Shown here one piece after another: positions 1-10,521 of a stretch of 63,047 nt of DNA (positions are counted from its first letter, which is position 1; every line of letters begins with the position of its first letter). The stretch lies in assembly GCA_934725735.1 (NCBI GenBank), contig CAKVCP010000001.1, positions 1 through 63,047 on the forward strand, written 5' to 3'. The notes under the pieces are model-generated. The model saw only the letters and a list, made by a program, of their open reading frames with translations, did not search any database and was not told the origin of the DNA. Position numbers and translations under genes: made by a program. This stretch comes from an uncultured Thermoguttaceae bacterium. GTDB taxonomy: Bacteria > Planctomycetota > Planctomycetia > Pirellulales > Thermoguttaceae.

Positions 1-2373
1 CCTGTTACTAAAGAGGTGAAAGAGATTGCCGAGTCGACTCCAGGCGACGAATTGCATCTTGGAAACGATAACGAAGACGCTCCCGACGCCGTTGTGAAAA
101 TTCCCGAAGGCGACGTCTCCGAGGCGGACGTTAAAGCCGCTCAGACTCATGAAGACACGTTGACGGAAGAAGAGACGGCGCACGTGCGTCATGAAGCGAA
201 GTCTTGGCGTTCGCCTATCGCGGAAAAAGCGGTTAATGAAATGACGAACGACATGATCGCTAATCTTAAAAAGATGGGCGGCGCGGAACTCTACGAACGT
301 TGGAAGATTTATAACGCGAGTATTCGTCGACGAACTAACAGTCTTCAGACTGGAAACGAACTGAATTCTCGTTGCCGTTTGAAGTGGTATGAAAAGCTGT
401 ATCAAGATCCTCTTAGCAGCGTCGACGAAGCGGAACGCGCGTCCAATCTCTTCGCGCAGTGTTTCTTTGGAAGCAACGAAGACATTATCGTCGGTTCGCG
501 CTACGCGAGAGTCTTGACCGACGTCCCCGTGCGTCAGAATAAGCTTCTTCCCAAGGTCGCCAAATCTCCGGTCGACGCGATCGACATTCTCAAAACTATG
601 CTCGTCGAAGCTTCGAGTCATCATGCGAAAGCGTTGGCTCCGCTTAACAAGAACGAGTTGGCGGCGATCATGAACGAGTCGCACAAAATCTTCTGCGCTC
701 AGGTTCGCAGCGGCCACACCGTCGAAATGCGCGGACGCGCGATGTATTTGATCGATTGCATGGAGAAGATCAACAAGAGCGAATTATACGAAGCGGGCGA
801 GTCTATTCTTTCCGTTTTGCATCCTGAGACGCTCAAGCAATTGGCGAATATCGATTATGATTCCCTCCAGAAAGTTCGTATCGGCGACAATCAGGAAGTT
901 GGTATTATTTCCTGCGAGGCTGGCGATATTCTGATCGGGCCGAAATCTCGAACCGTTTGGGATCTCGACAAATATCCCGACGCGTGTTGCATTCTCGATT
1001 TAGGGGGCGACGACGTCTACCGCGAAGGTTCGTGCGTTTTGAATCGTCCTTTGTTGACGGTGATCGACTTAGGTATGGGGCGCGACGAATACGTCGGGCA
1101 GAACGTCGCGATTCAGGGCGGCGCGATCCTTGGCGTTTCCGTTTGGTACGACGACGGCGGCGACGATTCTTATCTCGCGAAAGACGTGTGCCAAGGAAGC
1201 TCGATCGCCGGATATGGTCTCCTTATCAACGAGAACGGCAACGATCGTTACGTCGGTTTCCTGCGCGAACAGGGCACGGCGATTTGCGGATTCGGCGTCT
1301 TGATCGATCGCGGCGGTAGCGACGACTATCGCGGCGCGTTATTTGCGCAAGGCGTTGGCGGACCGGGCGGTTTTGGCGTTATCGCGGATCGCGACGGCGA
1401 CGACCATTATTACGTCGGCGGTTATTACTTCGATTCGTATCCCGAACATCCCGGTTACGACGGCTGGGGTCAAGGAGTCGGCGCGGGTATTCGTCGCGTC
1501 GCGTGCGGCGGAATCGGCATGCTTCTTGACGGCGCCGGAGACGACGCTTACGAGTACGATTACTTTGGTCATGGCGGCGGCTATTGGATGGGCGTGGGAA
1601 TTGCTCGCGACTTCTCCGGAAACGACGTGCGTTATGCGGCGACGTCGACGATGTACGACGGTACGGCGCGTCGCGAAGCGCGTTGGCAGCGTTTCGGCGC
1701 CGGTTTTGGTTGCCACTACGCGATCGGATACCTCTTTGACGACGCGGGTAACGACGTCTACGGGGGAACGATTATGGGCGTCGGCATGGGCTGGGATCTT
1801 GGCGCGGGGTTCCTCGTCGATTTTGGAGGAGACGACTCTTTCGAAGCGACGGGAGGCATCACGCAAGGTTCGGGCGCTGAAGGAAGTATCGGCGTGTTGA
1901 TGAATTATCGCGGCGACGACGCGTACAACGGTTCGTATCAAGGTTATGCGGCGCCGAGCATATCATACCATGCGCCTTCTAATTGCGGCGCGAACTTTAG
2001 CTTCGTGATCGATCATGGCGGCAAGGATACGTACGGCGGCTCCGACAACTACGGTCGTCGTATTCAAAACAACGCGATCACTCAGCGCGGGAACGTCACG
2101 GGCATGGTGGTCGATCGTCCGGCGCCAGAGGAGTCGACGAACGATAAGCAAGAGTCCGGCGACGCGGCGCGTCAACAGACGGCGCCTCAGCGTAAGATCG
2201 TGACGAGCAAGGGAATGCCCGTTCAACCGGCGTCGATTCGCACGATGGCGGCTCCGCCTCCGCTTTATGACACGACTCCTCACGCGACGAGCAGCGGTAA
2301 CAACGCTTTCAATCCGTCCGCTAACGAAGGCGGATTCCGCGGATTGGGAATCTTTGGCGGGCGTTTGCTTTGA
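1..2373 (+). CDS. Repeat-rich hypothetical protein (12 G-x-D-D-x-Y-type motifs, P/T/S-rich C-terminal tail), probably 5'-truncated by the window edge
   Basis: The ORF 16..2373 frame stays open back to nt 1. The GTG at 16 directly abuts the AAAGAG purine run with no spacer, so the true start is likely upstream. Recurrent motifs are GGDDVY, GRDEY, GGDDSY, GNDRY, GGSDDY, DGDDHY, AGDDAY, GNDVRY, AGNDVY, GGDDSF, RGDDAY and GGKDTY. Confidence 0.6.
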   Translation, partial: PVTKEVKEIAESTPGDELHLGNDNEDAPDAVVKIPEGDVSEADVKAAQTHEDTLTEEETAHVRHEAKSWRSPIAEKAVNEMTNDMIANLKKMGGAELYERWKIYNASIRRRTNSLQTGNELNSRCRLKWYEKLYQDPLSSVDEAERASNLFAQCFFGSNEDIIVGSRYARVLTDVPVRQNKLLPKVAKSPVDAIDILKTMLVEASSHHAKALAPLNKNELAAIMNESHKIFCAQVRSGHTVEMRGRAMYLIDCMEKINKSELYEAGESILSVLHPETLKQLANIDYDSLQKVRIGDNQEVGIISCEAGDILIGPKSRTVWDLDKYPDACCILDLGGDDVYREGSCVLNRPLLTVIDLGMGRDEYVGQNVAIQGGAILGVSVWYDDGGDDSYLAKDVCQGSSIAGYGLLINENGNDRYVGFLREQGTAICGFGVLIDRGGSDDYRGALFAQGVGGPGGFGVIADRDGDDHYYVGGYYFDSYPEHPGYDGWGQGVGAGIRRVACGGIGMLLDGAGDDAYEYDYFGHGGGYWMGVGIARDFSGNDVRYAATSTMYDGTARREARWQRFGAGFGCHYAIGYLFDDAGNDVYGGTIMGVGMGWDLGAGFLVDFGGDDSFEATGGITQGSGAEGSIGVLMNYRGDDAYNGSYQGYAAPSISYHAPSNCGANFSFVIDHGGKDTYGGSDNYGRRIQNNAITQRGNVTGMVVDRPAPEESTNDKQESGDAARQQTAPQRKIVTSKGMPVQPASIRTMAAPPPLYDTTPHATSSGNNAFNPSANEGGFRGLGIFGGRLL

Positions 2374-2397
2374 TCTCATGAAGGTTTGCTAATGGAG

Positions 2398-2436
2398 AAC
2401 GACGTTTTCGCGCTGAAAACGTCGTTTTTTTATTTT
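2398..2436 (+). terminator. Rho-independent terminator after the repeat protein gene
   Basis: Perfect 12-bp stem aacgacgttttc / gaaaacgtcgtt with a 5-nt loop, followed by tttttattttt. Confidence 0.6.
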
Positions 2437-2580
2437 TCAGTTTCTTTTTGACTACCTAGCCTTGACAAATCCCCTAGGAAAGAAAAGAGTCGTTACTATA
2501 ATGTATTGTCGGATTTCGCTGTTCCTCGGCGGGACGACGCGCCGGTTCCTTTTACACATGATCGATTGAGAGACTTCGCT

Positions 2581-4341
2581 ATGAAATGGTCGCAAACACT
2601 AATTCCAACGATGAAGGAGACCCCGAACGGGGCAGAGATTCCAAGCCATATTTTCATGCTCCGCGCGGGTATGATTTCTCAAGTTATGGCGGGAGCGTAC
2701 GCTTATCTTCCGCTCGGTTGGCGCTCGCTTCATAAGGCGATCAATATAGTGCGCGACGAAATGAATAAAAGCGGCGCGGTCGAACTCTTTATGACGGCGT
2801 TGTGCCCTCAGTCTCTCTACGAACAAACGAATCGCGTCGAGGCTTTCGGCAACGTCTTGATTAAATCGACTCTTGTTCGCGGCGGCGCTAAAACTCCCGT
2901 CGTCTTCTGCCCGACGCACGAAGAGGAGATCACGAGCCTCGTTTCCCAGTATGTTTCGAGCTATCGTCAGCTTCCGTTGACCCTCTATCAGATTCAGACG
3001 AAATTCCGCAATGAAGAGCGTCCGAAGTTCGGGGTGCTCCGTACGAGCGAATTCACGATGAAGGACGCGTATAGCTTCCATACGGATCTTGAGTCTCTCA
3101 ATGAGACGTACAAGAAGATGTACGCCGCGTATTGCAAGATTTTCGAACGTTGCGGCGTCCCTTACCTTCCCGTGGAAGCGGAGTCGGGCCCGATCGGCGG
3201 CGACGCGTCTCACGAATTCATGATTCCCTCCGCGAACGGCGAAGACGACGTCGTTTACTGTCCGAAATGCCGTTACGCCGCCAACGTTGAAAAGGCGGAA
3301 ATTGGCGAAAAAGAATACGCGCTTCCCGCCGACGTCGTTCTTAAAGACGTCGCGGAATTGGCGACGCCCGGCGCGCACACGATCGAGCAAGTCTGCGCGT
3401 TCCTGAAGGCGAAACCCAAGAAGGTCGTCAAGACGCTGATCTACAATGTCGACGGAACCCCCGTCGCCGTCCTTGTTCGCGGCGACTGCGACGTCAACGA
3501 AAATAAGCTTCGCCGTCTCCTTGCCGCCGAGAAAGTCGAACTCGCCGATGAAAAGACGATCGAACGCGTCACCGGCGCGCCCGTCGGTTTTGCCGGCCCC
3601 GTCGGACTCAAAGAAAAGGTGAAGATCGTCGCCGATCCTACGATCAAAGAGATGGCGAACTTTATCGTCGGCGCCAATAAGGCGGAGACGCATCTCGTCA
3701 ACGTCAATCTTGACCGCGATTTCACCGTCGACGTCTTTGGCGACGTGCGCAACGCCCTCGTCGGCGATCCGTGCCCTCACTGCGGCGAGCCCCTCTCGAT
3801 GGAGAACGCCATCGAAGTCGGACACGTCTTCAAACTCGGCACGAAGTACACCGAAGCGCTCAACGCGAAGTTCCTCGACGCCAACCTCGCTCAGCAAACC
3901 ATCATCATGGGATGCTACGGCATTGGCGTAAGCCGCATCATCGCGGGGCTCGCCGAAACGAGTCACGACGACGCGGGCATTATCTGGCCTGTCGCTCTCG
4001 CCCCGTACGAAGTATGCGTCTGCCCCGTCAAGGCGACGGACGAAGCGAGCGTCGCGGCGGCGGAGAAGATCGTCGCGGAACTCGAAGAAGCGGGCGTCGA
4101 CGTCATTCTCGACGATCGCGATCAACGCCCCGGCGTCAAATTTAAGGACGCCGATCTCATCGGATTCCCCGTGCGTATTACGATCGGCAAGAGCCTTGCG
4201 GAAGGCAAAGTCGAAGTCAAGTGGCGTTGGGATTCCGAATCGACGCTCGTTTCGGTCGACGAAGTCGCGTCTCAACTCGCCGAAGCGTTGAAGGACGAAC
4301 GCAAGACGAACGCGCGTTTCTACGCCTCTAAGAAGAATTAA
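2581..4341 (+). CDS. proS: Prolyl-tRNA synthetase (bacterial type with insertion/editing domain)
   Basis: N-terminus [15 protein letters not shown], class II motif [25 protein letters not shown], and C-terminal anticodon-binding domain. The ATG at 2581 fits the ProRS N-terminus better than the TTG at 2506 used by the ORF track. Confidence 0.95.
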   Translation: MKWSQTLIPTMKETPNGAEIPSHIFMLRAGMISQVMAGAYAYLPLGWRSLHKAINIVRDEMNKSGAVELFMTALCPQSLYEQTNRVEAFGNVLIKSTLVRGGAKTPVVFCPTHEEEITSLVSQYVSSYRQLPLTLYQIQTKFRNEERPKFGVLRTSEFTMKDAYSFHTDLESLNETYKKMYAAYCKIFERCGVPYLPVEAESGPIGGDASHEFMIPSANGEDDVVYCPKCRYAANVEKAEIGEKEYALPADVVLKDVAELATPGAHTIEQVCAFLKAKPKKVVKTLIYNVDGTPVAVLVRGDCDVNENKLRRLLAAEKVELADEKTIERVTGAPVGFAGPVGLKEKVKIVADPTIKEMANFIVGANKAETHLVNVNLDRDFTVDVFGDVRNALVGDPCPHCGEPLSMENAIEVGHVFKLGTKYTEALNAKFLDANLAQQTIIMGCYGIGVSRIIAGLAETSHDDAGIIWPVALAPYEVCVCPVKATDEASVAAAEKIVAELEEAGVDVILDDRDQRPGVKFKDADLIGFPVRITIGKSLAEGKVEVKWRWDSESTLVSVDEVASQLAEALKDERKTNARFYASKKN

Positions 4342-4434
4342 CGGCGCCTCCGTTCCGCGGACGCTTTCCTTATAATCTCGAATCGGTTGACTATCAACCG
4401 GATGAAATTTGGATATATTTAGTCGGAAAAAAGA

Positions 4435-7056
4435 ATGTTAACGACAAACGAAATTCGCGAAAAGTACCTTACTTTTTTTGAATCTAAAGGGTGCGCGCGT
4501 CGTCCTAGCGACGTTCTCGTTCCTCGATGGGATCCCTCGGTTCTCTTTACACCTGCGGGTATGAACCAATTCAAGGATCATTTCCTCGGTAGATGCAAGC
4601 TCGATTTTACTCGCGCGACGACCTGTCAAAAGTGTTTGCGCACGGGCGATATCGACAACGTCGGTCGCACCGCGTTCCACCACACCTTCTTCGAAATGCT
4701 CGGCAACTTCAGCTTTGGCGATTACTTCAAGCGCGAAGCGATCCACTGGGCGTGGGAATTCCTCACCGATAAGAAATGGCTCGCGATCGACCCCGCGATG
4801 CTTTCCGCCACCGTCTATAAAGACGACGCCGAAGCGGCGAAGATTTGGCTCGACGAGATCAAACTTCCCCCCGAGAAGTTGCAGTATCTTGACGAAGACG
4901 AAAACTTCTGGCCTTCGTCCGCGCCAAGCGAAGGACCCGACGGGGTCTGCGGACCTTGCTCGGAAATCTACCACAAGACGCCTCAAGGCGAAGTCGAAAT
5001 TTGGAACTTAGTCTTCACGCAGTTCAATCGCGTCGGCAATCCGCCCAACAACCTTCGTCCGCTCCCGAGCAAGAATATCGACACGGGTATGGGACTTGAA
5101 CGCGTGACGTCCGTGTTGCAGGGCGTCGAGACGAACTTCCACATCGATTCGCTCCGTCCTCTCGTCGAGGCCGCCGCGGAAGTCTGCTCGCAGAAATACG
5201 ACGCCGTCGACCTGACGAATGAACATGGTCGTCGTCTGCGTCGCATCGCCGACCATGTTCGCGCCTGCACCTTCGCGATTCACGAAAACGTCTATCCCGG
5301 TCCGAAAGAGGAAAAATACGTCATTCGTCGTTTGCTCCGTCGCGCGGTTCTCGACGGCGTTCAGATGGGGATGCGCAAACCTTTCTTGGGCTCTTTGGTG
5401 CCGGTCGTAGCGGACTTGATGAAAGTCCCTTATCCGGAGCTTGGCGAGACGATCGAACGCGTCCAAAGCGTGATCTCCGCCGAAGAAGAACACTTCATGA
5501 GCAGCATCGACGACGGTCTGCGCCGCATCGACTCCGTCTTCAAGACGATGGAGACCGAAGGGCGCGTGACGGTTCTCGGTTCTGAAGCGTTTGAAATGTA
5601 TCAGACGTTCGGATTCCCGCCGGAGCTTTTCGAAACGATCGCCGGCGAACGCAAGTTCGGTTTCGACTGGGAAGGCTTTGGCAAAGAGATGGAACGCCAT
5701 GGGGAGCTTTCCGGTTCTTCGGAAAAGAATTTGCTCTTCAAGCGCGATCCTCTTGAAGGGATCAAGAAGGCGAACGATCCTCCCGCATTTTTGGGTTACG
5801 AGACGGTCGAGACGCCCGACGCGAAGATCATCGCGATTTTGAACGGCGATCAGCTTGTCGAGAGCGCGTCGGCGAGCGACGCGAAGTTGCGCGTCGTCCT
5901 CAATAAGACGCCTTTCTACGGCGAAAAGGGCGGTCAGGTTGGCGATACCGGCGTGATTGTCGACGGCGACGCGACCTTTGTCGTCGAATCGACGCAGTAT
6001 GACGGCGAATTCCTCGTTCACATCGGAACCCTCAAGAGCGGTTCCTTGAAAGTTCTTGACACGGTCGCGGCGAAAGTCGACGCGAAGCGCCGCGCGGCGA
6101 TCTCCCGCGCGCATACCGCGACGCACCTTCTTCACGCCGCGTTGCGCGCGCGTCTTGGCGGACACGCCGAACAGCAAGGTTCGAAAGTCGACGCCGACGT
6201 CTTGCGCTTCGACTTCACCCACCACCAGGCGATCGAGCGCGAAACCTTAGTCGCGATCGAAAAGGACGTCAACGAGATGATTCTCGACTCCTTCCCCGTG
6301 ACGTGCGAAGAAACGCCGATCGAAGAAGCGCGCAAGCTTGGCGCGATGATGCTCTTTGGCGAAAAGTATCCCGATATCGTACGCGTAGTGAAGATGGGGC
6401 CGTCCCTCGAATTCTGCGGCGGCACGCACCTGAAGAACGTGGCGCAGGTCGGTTTCTGCAAGATCGTTTCGGAAGAAAGCGTGAGCGCGGGCACGCGTCG
6501 TATCACGGCGTACACCGGTCTTGCGGCGGTCGAAAAAGCGCAGCAGGCCGACGCGATTGAGACGACCCTTGCGGGCGTTCTGCGCGTTCCCGCGTCGGAG
6601 ATCGTCGGTCGCGTCGAGACTCTCGCCACGTCGGTCAAGAAGCTTCGTAAAGAACTCGAAGCCGCGACGAAGAAAGAAGTGGTGGCGGTCGACGAAGTTC
6701 TGAAGAACGCCAAGAAGATCGCGGGTGTCGATTATATCGCCCTGCGCACGGAAGACGCCGAAGCGAACGCGTTGCGCGAAGCGATCGACCAGATTCGTCG
6801 CAAGTCGGAGAACGCCGCGATTCTCTTCGCGAACGTCGATACGAAAGCGAACAAGGTTTCGCTCATCGCCGCGATGACGCGCAATCTCGTCGAGAAGAAG
6901 CTCAGCGCGGTCGAGTTGATTAAGACCGTGGCGTCTCTCGTTCAGGGGGGCGGCGGCGGTCGTCCCGACATGGCGCAGGCTGGCGGTAAGAATCCCGGGG
7001 GCGTCGACGCGGCTTTTGAAAAGGCGCAGAAGTACCTCGAAGAAAAGCTCGCGTGA
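4435..7056 (+). CDS. alaS: Alanyl-tRNA synthetase
   Basis: 873 aa. N-terminus MLTTNEIREKYLTFFESKG, FTPAGMNQFK, editing-domain HTATHLLHAALR, and C-terminal GGGGGRPDMAQAGG (DHHA1) motif. Confidence 0.97.
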   Translation: MLTTNEIREKYLTFFESKGCARRPSDVLVPRWDPSVLFTPAGMNQFKDHFLGRCKLDFTRATTCQKCLRTGDIDNVGRTAFHHTFFEMLGNFSFGDYFKREAIHWAWEFLTDKKWLAIDPAMLSATVYKDDAEAAKIWLDEIKLPPEKLQYLDEDENFWPSSAPSEGPDGVCGPCSEIYHKTPQGEVEIWNLVFTQFNRVGNPPNNLRPLPSKNIDTGMGLERVTSVLQGVETNFHIDSLRPLVEAAAEVCSQKYDAVDLTNEHGRRLRRIADHVRACTFAIHENVYPGPKEEKYVIRRLLRRAVLDGVQMGMRKPFLGSLVPVVADLMKVPYPELGETIERVQSVISAEEEHFMSSIDDGLRRIDSVFKTMETEGRVTVLGSEAFEMYQTFGFPPELFETIAGERKFGFDWEGFGKEMERHGELSGSSEKNLLFKRDPLEGIKKANDPPAFLGYETVETPDAKIIAILNGDQLVESASASDAKLRVVLNKTPFYGEKGGQVGDTGVIVDGDATFVVESTQYDGEFLVHIGTLKSGSLKVLDTVAAKVDAKRRAAISRAHTATHLLHAALRARLGGHAEQQGSKVDADVLRFDFTHHQAIERETLVAIEKDVNEMILDSFPVTCEETPIEEARKLGAMMLFGEKYPDIVRVVKMGPSLEFCGGTHLKNVAQVGFCKIVSEESVSAGTRRITAYTGLAAVEKAQQADAIETTLAGVLRVPASEIVGRVETLATSVKKLRKELEAATKKEVVAVDEVLKNAKKIAGVDYIALRTEDAEANALREAIDQIRRKSENAAILFANVDTKANKVSLIAAMTRNLVEKKLSAVELIKTVASLVQGGGGGRPDMAQAGGKNPGGVDAAFEKAQKYLEEKLA

Positions 7057-7075
7057 GTTTAACGCTCCCTCAATG

Positions 7076-7116
7076 AAAAAAGACGACGATTTTTGAGATC
7101 GCCGTCTTTTTTATTT
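7076..7116. terminator. Hairpin with flanking A/T runs between convergent alaS and the 1118-aa gene (possible bidirectional terminator)
   Basis: aaaaagacgacgat / atcgccgtcttttt stem with one mismatch, an A-run upstream and a T-run downstream. Confidence 0.55.
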
Positions 7117-7160
7117 CTTGGAGAAAGTCCGCGCGAAAGGGACGCTCGCGCGGAGGGAGA

Positions 7161-10100
7161 TTACGGTTCGGGGCGCGCGTTGCGGAATCCCGGCTGGTCG
7201 GCGTCGGGGCGCGCAAGGGCGTCGTCGCGACCTCGTTCAATTGCGCGAAGCATTTGCGTCCAGTTTTTATCTTCTTTACTGGAAAAAATATAAGTGGGAT
7301 TTTGCGGATCCTGATTCGTCGAGATTCCCCGTCCCCCTTCCGCTTTAGGCAAGTGGGCGAGGAGGGCGGCGCTCATCTCCGGACGCGTGAGATTGATCCA
7401 GGCAAATCGACCCGTCCAGTCGGTGTTAGGGGTTACCGAAGCGACGTGAAGGTCGTCGTTACCTCCTTCGATACGTTGATGGCAAGATTGACATTTTTCT
7501 GCATAGACGGGCAGAAAATCGTCTTTGAACCATGGAGCGAACCCTTCGCCGTCGAGGGTTCCCCAGCGGTCGCGCCGACCGGGCGACTTGGGACGCGCAT
7601 GGGCGTAGGTTCCCTGATAGATCGCGTTGGAATCGAGCCAAAGCGTGATTCGCGCCATGGATTGCGGGTCGGCTTTCGCTTTACAGTGCGATTCGTCGAA
7701 ATAATCGGGAAGACGACTTGCATAGGCGCCCGAGGAATACGGCTGATGGATTCCCGACGACGTCCATAGAAGCCAATAGAATTGAACGAGAGGCTTTCCG
7801 AGTTCTTTTTGACTGTCGAGCATTTCCCCTGTGAGCATATCTTCTTGACGGTAAGACCGGGAGCGTAAAAGAAGGGATTCATACGACATGCAGAAGAATC
7901 GCGTCATATCTCCGGAAAGATCGCATCCTCCCGCAGGGGCGGGACTGTCGTGACAAGAGAGACAATATTTATCGAGAACGGGCTGAACGAGGGACTGGTA
8001 GTCGAGAACGCCCGCGTCAAGAGTTGGATTTAACCCCCGTCGAGCGCGTTCGGCGTGCGCGGCGTATATAAAGTCAGGAATTTTTGGGACGTCAGGGGCG
8101 CGAAGTCCGGCGATAGGGCGCCGACTTGCGTCCTGGGCGGTCGCGGGGATCGAGTCCCGATCTTCATGACATCCGACGCATCCGATCGATTCTCCCGGCA
8201 TGAATTGAACGGCGCTTGTCATTCGTTGCACTTCGCGTCCCTGGGCGTCGAGCGCTTGGAAGTAGATTTCGCGTAGCGCGGGGACAAAGAAGTTCGCGGA
8301 GCCGTCCTCTTCGACGGGAACGTCTCCCCAGCACCTTTTCACGTAATACGTCGCGACGCCCATCGACGGGGACTGGTCGAAGGCGCGGTTGTAGAGTTCT
8401 TCGGTTTTTCGAATCTGCTCCATTATGCGGATCGTCTTGATCGTACCGCGCTTGACCGACGGCTCTAGCCCTTGATAGACGTCGGCGAGAACGACCTGTC
8501 CGACGGGGTCGCCGTCAAGGAGATTCTGACGCTCGGGGATTCCGAAGGAGTCGACGATTTTGTCGTCGTTTTTGGAGGAGTCCACGAGGGCGTAATAGTC
8601 GTCGTGCGCTTCAAGGGAGTCGGTCTTTCTCAGTCCTGCGCAGAGTTCGCGCGGTTGGAGTGTCGGGCGGAGCTTTTTGCGCAGGTTTGAATCGACGACG
8701 CGCGACGCGGGAAGCGAAGGGCGCGGCGTCTCGACGAGCGGAATGGGGCAGAAACAGTCGAGTTGCGGTTCCTCGCAGATCAATCGACGGTTTCCGTCGC
8801 AGTCGAGGAGCCATATGCGATAACGAGGAGCGTTCTTTTCAAAGACGGTCGGGCCGCTGGAGCCGAAGGCGCAGAGCGCGCGTTCTTCGTCGAGCGCGAA
8901 GGGATCGCGATAGGCGTATTCGAACTGATGGTCTTGAACGTCGTTGAATTCCGTCGACCAAAACTGGTAGCCGCCGGCCTCTTTTCCCGCCTCGATCCCT
9001 TTGGAACGGTCGACGATCCCGACGGCGCCGCAGGGATAGCCGTGGTGCGGGGTAAAAGCGGCGATAACTTTCGACGCGGGGGCGCCGGGAATGGGACGCG
9101 CCTGGAGAATTGAACCGAAGTCGCGCAGGGTGTTGCCGTAGAAGAGCTGATACTGCGTTCCTTCCGGATTTTGCGTCCAGAGGGATTGGCGATACGTCAG
9201 ATCGCGGTCGATATATTCCCATCGCGTAAAGAGAACGCGCCCGTCGGGTAGAACTTGCGGGGTGAAGTCCGAGAGGGTGTTCATGCTCACGCATCGAATA
9301 TTCGAACCGTCGGCGTTCATCGTGAAAAGGTTCGACGCGGGCCCCGGCTGACAAACGGTGCGTCCGAAACGTCGATTCGAAACGAAGACGAGGCCGCCGT
9401 CGGGGAGTTCGACGGGGGAGACGTCGAAGAACGGGCCTTCGGTGAGTTGCGCGAGCTTAGAACCGTCGACGTTGATTTTCCAAATGTTCCAGTATTCGGA
9501 TTCTTTAGGGCGATAGGAGAAATAAATCGTCTTGGCGTCGTAGGAAAGGTTCATGTCGAAAATGGCGCCGTCTGGATCGGAGAAGATTGTTTTGACGCCT
9601 TCTTCGGGCGCGTTGGGGTCGACAAGACGTATTGCGGCGCCGGGCTCTTTGGGAAGGGATTGCCACAGTTCGTTTCCGACGGAGTAGGGGCGTTCGCGCA
9701 TGGAGCGCGCGACGTAGAGGATTGGCGGAAGGTCGTCGACGCTCATCGTTTCGGGCGTTTCAACGTCGGTAGACTGCGCGGGAAGGAACGGGACGCTTTG
9801 GAAGGGGGCGTCGCCGAGTTTAACGCGGAGGGCTCGATATTCGACCGCGTTTTGCCAAATTCGCGGAGCAAAGGTTCCGACGCGGAGGGGATCGTTCGGT
9901 TGGGGATTCGGTTCGCGATATTCGCCCGCTTTTTCTCCGTCGATCGAAAAGTCGAAACCCGAGGCGTCAAAGCGAATCGTCAATTTGAAGAAACGCCCGA
10001 CGGGGACGTCGTACGCGTAACGCTTGAGTTGCTGATAATTATGTCGATGCGCTCCCAGATTAATGAGTTTTTCGGCGGGGTTAAAGCCGATTTCATAGCC

Positions 10101-10517
10101 GTTGAAGGCGTCGGCGCCGACCTGCGAATCGGTGATTTTGAAGCAAACGCCGGAGAATCCGGAGGCAGCGTTGGGAAAGCGAAGTTCGACCTCGACGACG
10201 CCTTCCGTCGCTTTGCTCCAGAGGGGATCGTCGTAAGTTAGTCTCGCGCCCTCGTTACCCGGCGCGGAAAGAACGCCGTCGGCGTCGACGCGCCACTCGC
10301 CGCCGTAAACGGCAAAGCCTTCTACGGGGGACGATTCCTGCGGCGGGACGTAGGGGAGGGAGAGAATTGACGAAAGGTCTTCAGCGGTCGCGGGGGCGAG
10401 ATCCGGCTCTTGGGCGCGTATTCCTTGGGGGAGGAGAAGGAGCGTGAAGAGCAGGGAAAGGAAGCAGGATCCCTTCCGCAGAGCGTAACGAACTGAAGTC
10501 TTTCTCATACGAATCAC
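7161..10517 (-). CDS. Secreted multidomain protein: DUF1080/LamG-like N-domain, PD40/TolB-like beta-propeller repeats, C-terminal region with three CxxCH motifs
   Basis: N-terminal signal peptide (MRKTSVRYALRKGSCFLSLLFTLLLLPQGIRAQE). PD40-like segments (WNIWKINVDGSKLAQLT, FVSNRRFG, FTMNADGSNIRCV). CVGCH, CLSCH and CQSCH heme-c-type motifs. Confidence 0.75.
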   Translation of the reverse strand: MIRMRKTSVRYALRKGSCFLSLLFTLLLLPQGIRAQEPDLAPATAEDLSSILSLPYVPPQESSPVEGFAVYGGEWRVDADGVLSAPGNEGARLTYDDPLWSKATEGVVEVELRFPNAASGFSGVCFKITDSQVGADAFNGYEIGFNPAEKLINLGAHRHNYQQLKRYAYDVPVGRFFKLTIRFDASGFDFSIDGEKAGEYREPNPQPNDPLRVGTFAPRIWQNAVEYRALRVKLGDAPFQSVPFLPAQSTDVETPETMSVDDLPPILYVARSMRERPYSVGNELWQSLPKEPGAAIRLVDPNAPEEGVKTIFSDPDGAIFDMNLSYDAKTIYFSYRPKESEYWNIWKINVDGSKLAQLTEGPFFDVSPVELPDGGLVFVSNRRFGRTVCQPGPASNLFTMNADGSNIRCVSMNTLSDFTPQVLPDGRVLFTRWEYIDRDLTYRQSLWTQNPEGTQYQLFYGNTLRDFGSILQARPIPGAPASKVIAAFTPHHGYPCGAVGIVDRSKGIEAGKEAGGYQFWSTEFNDVQDHQFEYAYRDPFALDEERALCAFGSSGPTVFEKNAPRYRIWLLDCDGNRRLICEEPQLDCFCPIPLVETPRPSLPASRVVDSNLRKKLRPTLQPRELCAGLRKTDSLEAHDDYYALVDSSKNDDKIVDSFGIPERQNLLDGDPVGQVVLADVYQGLEPSVKRGTIKTIRIMEQIRKTEELYNRAFDQSPSMGVATYYVKRCWGDVPVEEDGSANFFVPALREIYFQALDAQGREVQRMTSAVQFMPGESIGCVGCHEDRDSIPATAQDASRRPIAGLRAPDVPKIPDFIYAAHAERARRGLNPTLDAGVLDYQSLVQPVLDKYCLSCHDSPAPAGGCDLSGDMTRFFCMSYESLLLRSRSYRQEDMLTGEMLDSQKELGKPLVQFYWLLWTSSGIHQPYSSGAYASRLPDYFDESHCKAKADPQSMARITLWLDSNAIYQGTYAHARPKSPGRRDRWGTLDGEGFAPWFKDDFLPVYAEKCQSCHQRIEGGNDDLHVASVTPNTDWTGRFAWINLTRPEMSAALLAHLPKAEGGRGISTNQDPQNPTYIFSSKEDKNWTQMLRAIERGRDDALARPDADQPGFRNARPEP

Positions 10518-10521
10518 CTAA

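Noticed and set aside
2599-4275. 558-aa antisense ORF inside proS, together with similar long shadow ORFs: 5008-6225 in alaS, 9255-10241 in the 1118-aa gene, 42970-44247 opposite the TAT oxidoreductase, 52290-53546 and 51002-51562 in the NSS genes, 49549-50277 in the ABC gene, and 56404-57084 in ABC-F.
   Set aside because: They fully overlap genes with unmistakable family motifs on the other strand or frame. They have Arg/Asp/Gly-rich low-complexity composition typical of GC-driven open frames, and they lack RBS or recognisable domains.
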